From assembly GCF_964194155.1 (NCBI RefSeq), contig NC_135916.1:1240001-1304000 (forward strand): 64,000 bases of DNA. Direction: 5' to 3'. Made by a program: the position numbers and the translations under genes. How positions within the stretch are numbered: the stretch's first letter is position 1; each line of letters opens with the position of its first letter. The notes below the pieces were generated by a model. That model was not told where the DNA came from. It worked only from the letters and a program-made list of their open reading frames with translations, and made no database searches. Origin of the DNA: Cetorhinus maximus (Eukaryota). This document shows positions 12,686 to 23,318 of this stretch, piece after piece.

Positions 12686-13659
12686 GAAAAGACAGACAAA
12701 AAATTAATCGAAGGAAATATCGCACAGAAATCGTCTTAGCTAAACAAAGGACAATTCCTATACAAATCGTTCTAATGCTTAACATTAAAGCAGTTCTCTT
12801 ACAGAATGTTAGAAGGTTTCTCGCTCTCGTTTCCTCGTCTACAGTTTACCCGTAACTATCAGTTTCTGGTTTTACCTGTGGACAAGAGGACAATAAAGGA
12901 TCCAATTTACCAGAATCCAAACTTATGTTTTTTTCATGTTCGTGAGTGTCAAGAGCGGAGTGCACATTTTTTGGCGTAAATTTGCCAGTATTGAAACAGA
13001 GGCTTCCCACACCGCCAGGGCTGATACGGAATGAATTGATCAAATCAACTTTTATAATGCTGGGGAGGGATAGCATCTTTGAGGGTTCAAAGATAGACTC
13101 TGCTTGATTACATTTATACAACAAGGCAGGGTCTACCCTGAAGCAGCAAACATACATTGTATTCCAATCCAGCAATAAAAATGAAAATCCTCTGCAGGCT
13201 ATGTGATTCTGGGATTAAGCCTAATCATCATTATTTGTTACTTAAATGTAGTTTTCGCTCCCTGAAGCTTTTCTTCCGAAATTGACATCAACGATATATG
13301 TTTTTGTTTTTGTCTCTGTAACATTCAGTTTTAAGTCAGTTTGGATTTTATCTGGTGCATGTCAATCCCTGGAGAAAATTTTATATTTCATTCGACATAT
13401 ATTGCTGCCACCATAAGATTATGCTTCTATTCTCATTTTAATCCCGACATTATCTGTTAAACCCTGCTATGGGTGCATGGAATATCTGTCTGTTCATGAT
13501 AAATAAATGGGAACTTTAATCTGAAATGTATAATTTTCTAAAAAAATAAAGCAGCGTAAAAAACAGGGAATTACAGACTGATTAGCCACCATCAGTGGTA
13601 GACTTAATACGAGAGTCCACTCTGTGATAATAAGAGACTTTGAAAATGTCAAATGGATT

Positions 13660-14530
13660 GGAGAAAGATAGCATGCGTTTATGAAAGGGAAATCATGTTT
13701 GACAAACCTATTGTAGCTTTTTTGGGAATTAAATTGCAAAGTAGATAAGGGAAAACCAGATGATGTGGTCTATTTAGATTTTCAGAAAGCTTTTGTTAAA
13801 TGCCCACTTAACTGGTTTGTGTACCAAATTGAAGTGCATGGGATGGGGGTTTGGATTGGCATGTACTGAGAAAGGATTAGTAAACAGGATAAAGAGAGCA
13901 GGAATAAATCAGTCTTTTTGAGAATGGCAGAAGTTGACAAGTGGTGTGCCACAGGGATCAGTGTTTGGGTCCCAGTATTCAGAATAGACAAGAATGATTG
14001 TGATGAAGGAAGCAAAGATAATATTTCCAAGGTTGCTGATGACACAAATCTAGGAGGGAATGTGAGAGATGAGGAGGAAGTTAAAATTGCCCAAGGAGAT
14101 TTAGATAACTTGAGTGAGTGGGAAAAAAACATGGCAGATGGAGTATAAAGTGGCTAGATATGAATTCATCCACTTTGGTACGAAAAACAGAATGGCAGAG
14201 TATTATTTAAATAGTGATAGGTTGGGAAATGTTGATTTACGAAGAGACCTGCGTGCAGCACATGATCACCAGGCTGATTCATGGGCTGGCAGGATTGTCA
14301 CATGAGGGGAGAATGGGCCGATTCGGACTGTATACACTCAGTGATTGTAGAATGAGAGGGCAAGTATTTGAAATACATGAAATAGTGACAGCGCTGGTCA
14401 GGCTGGGTGCAGGGATGATGTTTCCTCTGGCTGAAAGGCCTAGCACATGTGTTCAATCTCAGGATACGTTGTAGTCCATTTCGGGCTGTGTTGAGGACAA
14501 AGTTGTTGACTCATAGGGTGGTGAACATGT
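13660..14530 (+). mobile_element. Old CR1 LINE RT fragment
   Basis: Translates to FMKGKSCLTNL, YLDFQKAF, ISKVADDTNLGG and WQME motifs with many disruptions. Confidence 0.85.
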
Positions 14531-15469
14531 GATTGAGTTGCATTCATTTTGTAACCTCCAGTATCTTGTATGTGAACGTATATATAATTCCCTCCATGTA
14601 TCCGTGATGTTTGCAAGAGTGGAACTAACTCTATTTTTAATATTTTAATGTGCTATCTCCAAAAGTGAGATTTCGTTCGAATCACTCAAAATCTGGAACC
14701 AAATGTGAAGTTCCAATTGATATTCATATAGTCAACTGCTACAAGTATGTTTTCCTTGTGTGTCGATTGGTGACATATTGCCTGACTGTAGATTTGGCCC
14801 TGTAACATTCGGATTTTCCTCATTGTTATGTTTTTAGTGTATGTTTGTGGTTTTATCCCTGTATTTCATTCACTGGTACTTTGCATCAGATGGGGATAAT
14901 TCATTGCTTCTCAGCGTCTTGTATAATCTGTGAGTTTGGCCATGGTTCTATAATTGTCAGTCTCTCAAACTGAATGTGAGTGTGTAATAATTCAGTCTTT
15001 AAGAGCAACGAGCTGACAATGAGTGTGTGATTCATTCCACTGAACTGTGCATCTGGTTTGTATGGGTATGTTCCACTCTCTGCATATCTCTCATTGTCCT
15101 TTACAGTGCATGATTTGGGGATTAAATTGAACATGACAGTTTCCAATAGACGATGTGATTGTGGGGTTATTTCTGTATTTTTATGGTTTCAGCTATTCTA
15201 TTTGAATGAGATCTTTTCTGCCTCATTCAGATTCAGGTAGTGTAGTGAGTGTGGGATTTATTATAAAGCTTTCAGACTTGGAAATTTGGGTGATTAACAT
15301 CTGCATCATGGATTTTTGCTCCCCAGGCACAGTGTATGTGGGGATAATTATGTAGTTGCCGTTCTCTGGTATGCTTTGAATTTATTTTTGTTCTTATAGC
15401 TGTATTTGATCTGTGTTTGAATGTGTGAGTAATTTTGCACCTGAGAATTCTGCCCATCTAAGTATATAC

Positions 15470-15682
15470 AACTTCTCTCTCCCCCCGCCCCCCCACCTTA
15501 AACCAGCTTATATTTCACCTTTCTCCTAACTATGCTTCAGTTCTGCCGAAGGGTCGTTATGACTCGAAACGTTAACTGATTTCTTCTCCACCGATGCTGC
15601 CAGACCTGCTGAGTTTTTCCAGGTAATTCTGTTTTTGTTTTGGATTTCCAGCATCCGCAGTAGCTTTTAGCTTTTTGTTTTT
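15470..15682 (+). mobile_element. Penelope 3'-terminal fragment
   Basis: Closely similar to 1480-1690 (CCACCTTAAACC...CAGCATCCGCAGTAGCTTTTAGC). Confidence 0.88.
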
Positions 15683-17572
15683 AAGTAGGTATATTATTCA
15701 ATCTGTATCTGTTTTTCTCCACTGTTGCAGGTAAGTGTGAGATAAGACTATATCTGGACTTTTAATGAAACGTGTTGGAATATATTTTTATGAATCCCTC
15801 AACATAGCAGTATTTGTTAACCTTTGGTTTAACCTATAACATTGGCTTCATGTGTTTTGTAGTCACAGGTTATATTCAATAGTTGCCTGGGATTTGTGGA
15901 ATCACATTTGATTTTTAGCTCTGTGAAAACAATTGTGAATATTTAATCAGATACACAGCCTCATATGTAATTTGTTCATTTTGTATAAAGGGATTGCTGT
16001 TGAATCTTTACTGATGCTGCCATTTTTGGTGTGAAATATATAGATATGTCTAAATTCTAAGGGACGGTGCTGCAATTTATTCTGTCCCTTCCAATCAGTT
16101 ATTTCTTGTCTAATGAGGCTCAGAATAATTAATTAATTTCTGACCAACGCAACACAATATAATTAAATCTGATATTTGGTGTGTTTTCTGTGAACATTTT
16201 GATTGATGTATGCTCCTCTCATCTAGGTTACTGGAAATAAAAACAAACAACAACAATAAAATCAGACTCTCCTGCTCAGTTTGTATCTTGCATTGAAAAG
16301 TTGTCACTTCCCTTTGAAACAGTGTGGGAATGAACAATTAATTGGTTGTGACTGTGGACATAATGACCTGGAAGTTTCTCTGCTCTCAGTGAATGGTCCT
16401 GTACCTAGCTAGTGTTGCAGCTAGCTCACTTTTTAACCTTGTTCATTTTGTGACTTTTGAAGTTGTCACTATTATCTACCTTTGTCACTAACATCATCAT
16501 GCAGCAGGAATACCCATAGCACAGCTTGTGAGCTAAGATTTGTTTGTCTCTTTTCATGTTGTACCTTTCAACCATTATTCATTCCTGATATTTCGACTGC
16601 AGATTGATTTATTAATTTGGAGGCCTGTACTATTATTTCAGTAATTTTTCCATGTAGAAATATGAAGGTGAGTTTCACTTTTGGAACACATGGATGAAAA
16701 TAGTATTTTGCCATTTTTATTTGAACAGTGATATCCTTCTTTGCTGGACCACTCCTCTGATTGCATTGACAATCACTGGGATGCATTTAAGTATTTTATT
16801 CTGTATCTATTGTTTTCTGAGATGAAAAGGTGAAAGCTTTGTAACTGTCAATCTTTAAGTCTCATAACAATGCACATGTCGAATTTTGTTTTGTCTGATT
16901 TTTCTCATAAATAGTTAAATGCCAGGTTTGTTGTCATCTAAGGCTGTGTTTCTGTCTCCATCTGCCAGTTTTTTTTATGAGTGTGAGTTTTAAACTGTCG
17001 GGTGTGCTTTCACATATGTGAGTATGATTTCCGTTTCTTAATCTGCTGCTGTATTTATCAGTTTCTGGGATTCTTAATGTGACTGTGACTCAGTAACTTT
17101 CAGGTTCTGGTAAGTGATTGCTGGTGTTAGAATGTCCATGTGAATGTCTTGTTGTTTTACTTTCTAGCACTTCCTTACTTGCTATTGAGCTTTTTTCCCT
17201 CAGTCTCTCCATTAGTTTGTGGCATGTGAATGTGAGTGCTATTCTGTATCTGTCAATAACTGCATTGTGAGCGTGAGTCATAATTGCAATTGCCAGTTTT
17301 AGGTATGTGTCTGGAATGCAAATGTGAATTTTACACTGCAGTTCTCACTTTTGAATGTCTGAATGTATGTTTGAGATTACTTCACTGACTTTGACAATGT
17401 AACTATGATTATTCTCAGTACATTTTCTATGAGTATAGCCTACATTCTTTATCTATTAGTGTCTTATCAGCAAATGTAAGACTTATTCAAAATCTGTCAG
17501 TATTATAGTATTGTCATTGTGCGATTGATGATGTGGCTGTGCATGCCTGCTTTTATCTGTGTTTGGGTCTGT

Positions 17573-17630
17573 GTGAGAGACAGAGAGAGAGAGCATGTCT
17601 GAAGATGTGTGTGTGTGTGTGTGTGTGTGT
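17573..17630. repeat. (GA)n/(TG)n microsatellite
   Basis: Direct inspection; one more TG unit in the copy at about 55345. Confidence 0.9.
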
Positions 17631-18231
17631 TCATGGTGTTTTTTTTGTGTTTTCGTTCCTTCTGTCTCTCTAATGTGTTTATGGACTTATCTTTTTATTT
17701 GTCATTGTTCAATATAGAAATGTGCATGTTGATTGGTACTCATAATTATCTGGCATGATGGCATGGATTCATTCTGTACATGTCCAATTCTTCCCTTTTC
17801 AATTTTGATAGTCTTGGCTGTAAGCAGTAACTGTTAGGTTTGGTGTATGTAAGTTTGCATTTTATCAGTAGTTGACCTTTTCAGATATGAGACTGCGGTA
17901 TTCAATCTACCCGCTCATTTCCAGTTTGTGTTGTGAGCATGTCTTTTACTTTGTTAAAGTGAACATGTAGTTTCTGAGACTCTGCATTTACAGTGAATCT
18001 GTTGTATGAATGCCGATTTTAGTCTGTACCAATTTGATTCAGTTTCTTGTTTTATTTTCGGTGCTCAAATCTCTGTTTTACAAGTGATATATTCCATTCT
18101 GCTTGTGTCAATTTTTGATGAACTGAACAATAGTTTTTGTGAGATTCTGTTGATATTTTGTGTCTGAATATGGGATTTCCTTTGTACATGTCAGATTTTA
18201 GCATGAAGGAATGTTTATCAACTGCAACTAA

Positions 18232-18460
18232 GCAAAGCCAAAATATTCTCGGCTGGATGTTGGAAACCTCAAAAAAAGGGAAGAAAATTGCTGAGAATAC
18301 TGAGCAGGATTGTCAACATCTGTGGAGAAAAAGCTGAACTGCCCGTTATCTGAAATTCCTGATGTGATGGAAGGTCATTTGCCTGTAATGTTCACCCTCA
18401 ATCTTTCTAAACAGTTGTTGCCGTCCCTGCTGAATATTTCCAGCATTGTCGGTGTTTTTT
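18232..18460. mobile_element. Ancient palindromic (Penelope-tail-derived, MITE-like) element
   Basis: GCTGAGAATACTGAGCAGG...CCTGCTGAATATTTCCAGC form imperfect inverted arms. Also present at the orthologous B position 36126-36362. Confidence 0.65.
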
Positions 18461-19306
18461 CCTCCCCCTGTCTGTGTTAATTCCCAGCTGGTAAATATCA
18501 CTCTGCACCTGACAGAGTCTGATACTTACATTTCACTTTTATTCTGACAGAATCTCCAAGTGCATTTTCCTCTGTGACTCTCATTTATGTGTGTGTCTGA
18601 ATCATTGTCGATTTTACGGTGAGCCTGTTAGCCGACAATATTTATGAATGATGGCCACCTTTCAGTTTTCCATTTAGTATGATAGCATGAACCTATTTTC
18701 CATGTCCCTCTCGGTTTATGGAATGGACTGATTTGTTTTGATCAGCAACTTAAAGTTTTTAATGCATGTTCATGTGTGTTTTTACAGTAGCCATCAAGAT
18801 CAGCGATGTGTGTAGCCATGCTTCTCCTATTTTGAAAAGGCTTATAGAAAATTTGGTTTTATTCTGCATCTCTATGTCCCTGGAATGTGTCTGTGGTTTT
18901 ACAATGTAATTGTCTGTCTCTGTTATGGGAATGCAGGATAGTTCCGTGTCGGTCAGACTCTCCTCTGAGAGTGGTGTTATGTTATTCCCTGCTTTGTGAG
19001 TTAAGTTTTAACCATTTTTTGTTTGTAGTGATCTGTCGAAGTGAGTGTTTGTGACAATATTCCTCTGGCATGTCTATGCACGCCTCCATTAACAAAAATA
19101 TACTCTATCTTGATTTCTGATATTGAATAAGATTTTTGGAATGGAATTTAACTTGTTGCTTTGCGAGAACTTTGCATGTATTCATGAATAATTCTGCAAA
19201 CATTAATTGTCTGATATTTAAGTTGTAGCTAATGATCTACTCTTGTGACATGAATGGACTGCCCTTCAATCTGATAATGTTTGCGATTTTGGACTGAAAT
19301 TGGTGC

Positions 19307-19799
19307 TGTTGTGCTTTCTTCTAAGAATCGAATACAGTGACAAAGATACAAGTTTAGGATTGTTTATTAAAGGGAACAACAGGGAGGGTCTGCTCCCTTT
19401 GAATGCCTAAAACAGAACTCTACTGATTACAGGATAACAATCTTTTTTAAACACTAAACCGTTCACGTACACATTACACTATTCTAATTCCAATCTTGGC
19501 AGTACATAATCACATGACAATCAGATGCCGCCAGTCCGCGGAACATACATTTACTTTCCCAAGCAGGGCCTCTTCATCTCGTTCTAGCCTGGCTCTATCC
19601 CTGATACTCTTTGTCATTACACTGATGTGTTTATCTTCATCCCTCTTCTATCTCCTAACCAGTTAATCCCTTATGATCCCAAAGGTCTCCCTAGAGAGAG
19701 CTGCTGATACCAGCCCTTATGGTGTACAAGTTTTCACTGGAGAATTTTGCTGACCTTTGGTTTCACTAAAAACATAGAAATCGCTGCTTACCTCTTACA
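19307..19799 (-). mobile_element. Solo LTR (493 bp)
   Basis: TG...CA termini; flanks GTGC/GTGG (imperfect 4-bp TSD); minus-strand AATAAA near its 3' end. Absent at the paralogous B site near 38705. Confidence 0.75.
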
Positions 19800-20570
19800 G
19801 TGGGTCTACCATTCAGCAGTACCGAGTAGCAGTGTTTTGTGGGGAATATAATTCAGTCTCCCCTGTGTGTTAGCCTACTGGATTGATCATGTGTATCAGG
19901 GTTTGAGTTCAATTCGAGTCTGACTATTTCTGCTCTGGGTGATGGTCACAGTGATGTTCTGTCTGTATCTGTGCACTCTTGGAGTAGGATCGTACCTGCT
20001 GCCAGTTAGAAGGAGATAGCTGCACCTCTGTGTTGGCTGGTGGAACTTGAGATTGAAACTGACCCCTTCATTAACCTGCCAGAGAGGAAGAAAGATATCT
20101 CCAGTAAGGCAAAATCAGCTGAGGTCAGTAAAAGGCAATAGATCAATGTAATATTTCAACTGATAATCAATTTCAAAAATACTGTACATATCATGGCGGA
20201 CAACGAAAAAACTACAGTGTCTGATTCCACTTCTAACTATTGAGTGAGATTCAGAAACAACCCGCATCTGCACTGCTCCAAGTGTGTCACTACGCGGGCC
20301 CAGAGATATTGGTACAGGACAGATTTCAATTTCCAGCTCCCTTTGTAAGAACCGCCAACTCAATCTAACTGTGGAAGGTACAATGTTTCTTTGAGACGCC
20401 TCAGCTGAACAGCTGGTGCCTGCAACACGTGTCGTTAACATTACTGCTCCACTCCTTACTCTCCGTCTGTTTCCACGATTCACTGTCCAAAAGCCAACAC
20501 GTTGTGTGAATCAGCAGCTAAACTTGGAATATGCATTACAGGATTGAGGGGGGATATCCCAATAGTTTTC

Positions 20571-20962
20571 AATTGCAGCTTGCTCAGGTTCTGTCTCCCT
20601 CAGCAGGGCCACACACAGCCCCAGAAAGGCCTCTCCCCGACCACCAGCTCACTCCAAGTTCCGGAACACGTTCCCGCTCCGCTCCGCCTCTTACAAACAG
20701 CCCCCCGGTTCCCCCTGAACTTACCCCGAGTCAATGATGATTTCTGTGCCCACACTGACAAACCGGTGCCCTGCTGGAATCAGAACGCTGTTTACTCGCT
20801 TACCCGGGCCCCAGTATTTCCATTTCCGTCTGTTTGAAACAAAGGTCTTCCGCTCGCTGAGTGAAAGGACGTCAAGGGCAGTGGTTGGTGGGAAGGGAAG
20901 CGCGCATGCGCCCGACTAGTCACCGAGAAATTCCAAAACGCAGGGCTGCAATGCGCATGTGC
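20571..20962 (-). promoter_or_regulatory. Conserved CpG-rich promoter/first-exon-like element (subunit A)
   Basis: NRF1 motifs GCGCATGCGC 20902-20911 and TGCGCATGTGC 20952-20962; minus-strand CCTTTCACTC start near 20868; donors GG|GTAAGC (20803) and GG|GTAAGT (20724). Very high identity to 39456-39842. Confidence 0.6.
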
Positions 20963-22322
20963 TGTTGGAAACTAACTAAGAACAAAACCAGGTCATCTGG
21001 TCCTTCCCCATGTCAATTTCCTCAGCCTTGAGCATAGGAATTGGAATGTGGGGAACGGGCAGAGACGTTACGAGCAGGAGGGCCATCCCTGTATTAAATC
21101 CAAACTGGGCGTCTTTGCTGTTCATTCGACGGTCTCCGCAAATTAATCCACATGTCGAATAGGTCTGTTTGCTGTTATAGCTCAGAACTTAATATCAGAT
21201 CGTAAAAGTCTCAGGTTAATATAATCAGATTGAAAATGTCAGTCACTGACTGTCGTATTCAACAATTTTAGTCGAAGATTTCCCGAGAGTTCCAGAGTTT
21301 ATAGAATGTTATATTTCATTATTATTGCCTCAACACCACTCAGTTTCCTGGACTGTGGGACAGAAATGTATCTGCCTCTCCTCCAATGTTAATGAGAGAT
21401 GAGGCCTGGTATTTCGCACCGCTGGGGGATCTATAAGCCTTATCGATCAGCTTCAGAATATTCAGTGTTTCAAAAAGAAAACCTCTCAATCTTCTAAACT
21501 CCAATGACGATTATTCCAACTTGATCATGATTTCCTCACCAGTCAACAACTGGAAGCTGCTCATGAACATTCCCTGAACTGTATCAAGGGATCGATATTA
21601 TTCAGTTGTCCCCCATCCCTCTACTGCTGTTGATGTGCATGTTACTAATGTTACTGATAGGATTATATAAACTGATACTCACACTCCTCCCATGTGAGGT
21701 GAGGGACTGTCACTGTTCATTCTCCTCTCAGAAATTCAAGTATGACATTTCATTAGATTATCTCCAGTCAAACATCGAATTCTGCTCTGAAAAACTCTGT
21801 CACTGTCGGGAACGTGACGATGGGAGAAGTCATCGCAGCCAACGCGACTCAGGAGGGAATCGAGGAGGACCCACTGTCAAAGAATGGAATAGTCCCAAGC
21901 ATTACATTGCTGTAGTGTTTCCATCCCTCCCTCATCCTCAAACCTAAAAAACAGAGAGAGGGGAAGAGGCAGTGTCTCCAGGAGTGCACCAAATCTGCGA
22001 GGGATACTCTTCTGAAAGTGGAATTTAAAGAAAAAGCAGCTGATTGCTGAGTAAATCCTGGGAGCAGACTCGGAGGGAGGAGAACCGAAGCGGTGAGTGT
22101 AAACCTAGCTTACCTTGAGGATTCGCAGTCTTGTCTCTAGGGAGCAGACTCGGAGGGAGGAGCAGCAGAGTGGTGACCTCGGGGCACAGAGTAACTGAAG
22201 CCAAAACTGAAAAAGTGACGTCACATGAAAGCTGTGACCTGATTGGTTGGTAGGAAATCTGCACCAAATTTGAAAAAAAAAACACGGCAAAGCTAATTAA
22301 TAAATTAATTGTCTAAGTACAG

Positions 22323-23278
22323 ATGGCTGGGCAGGTGATGTGCTGTAGCTGTATGATGTGGGAGCTGGCAGATCCCAATGCGAGCCACAGTGACCACATC
22401 TGCAGCAAGTGTTGTTGCTGGAGGAACTCCGGCTCAGAATTGATGAGCTGGAGTCCGAGTTCTGGACACTGCGGCTCCTTCGGGAGGGGGACAGTTACCT
22501 GGACGCTTTGTATCAGGAGGCGGTCTTACCTGGTAGATTAAGTACCTCAAATCCGGTCAGTGGTCAGGGTCAGCAGGGTGTGACTGCAATTGAGGCAGGT
22601 AGAGGGATCCTGTGTTCAGTAAGTGAGGACCCTCAGCTCTTGACCTTGTCCAACAGGTACGACGTACTTGCTTCCTGTGTGGATGGGGAACAGGGCTGTA
22701 GGGAGGATGAGCCAGCTGACCACGGCACCGTGGCACAGGAGGCCCTTCAAGAGGGGGGAGCACAGAGACAAGTGGTAGTTGTAGGGGATTCTATAATTAG
22801 GGGAATTGATAGATTCCTTTGTAAGCAGGATCGAGGGTCCCGCATTGTATGTTGCCTGCCCTGTGCCAGGATGAAGGACATCTCTGACCGGCTTGAAAGG
22901 ATATTGGAGAGGGAGTGGGAGGATCCAGTTGTTGTGGTCCACGTCGTGACAAATAACATAGTTCAGACTAGGAAACAGGACCTGTTTGGGGATTATCAGG
23001 AACTAGGAACTAAATTAAAGAACAGGTCCTCAAGGGTTATAATCTCTGGATTACTACCCGAGCAACGTGCAATTTGGCATAGGGACACAAGAATAAGGGA
23101 AGTAAACACGTGGCTAAAGGAGTGGTGCGGGAAAGAGGGGTTCCATTTCGTGGGGCACTGGCATCAGTATTGGAACAGGAGGGATCTGTACCATTGGGAC
23201 AGTCTCCACCTGAACCGATCTGGGACCAATGTTCTAGCGAAAAGCGTAAGTAGAGTATTCAACAGGACTTTAAACTAG
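22323..23278 (+). pseudogene. CR1 ORF1 (zinc finger, leucine zipper, SGNH esterase), frameshift near 22410
   Basis: MAGQVMCCSC...HICSKC, then LEELRLRIDELESE, VVVGDSIIRG, HVVTNN and DSLHLN. Confidence 0.88.
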
Positions 23279-23318
23279 AAAGTGGGGGGGGGGAGGGAAG
23301 GGTAAAACTGCAAGAAAT

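Larger units (their letters stand above)
12845..19990 (+). repeat. Highly degenerate ~40-bp tandem array, interrupted by TEs (subunit A)
   Basis: Consecutive units at 18857/18897/18937 and 17226/17267/17307. Approximate consensus TTTTATTCTGTATCTGTCAGTYTCTGGTATGTGAATGTGG. Strong T/G-rich strand skew. Boundaries approximate. Confidence 0.65.

Noticed and set aside
12845-19990. 40-bp array as a coding repeat or CRISPR-like array
   Set aside because: The period is not a stable multiple of three, there are no long ORFs, there is no repeat/unique-spacer alternation, and the context is eukaryotic.
20115-20919. ORFs 20115..20483, 20502..20837, 20531..20737 and 20734..20919 as proteins
   Set aside because: Frames are broken by indels between A and B and show no recognisable domains.
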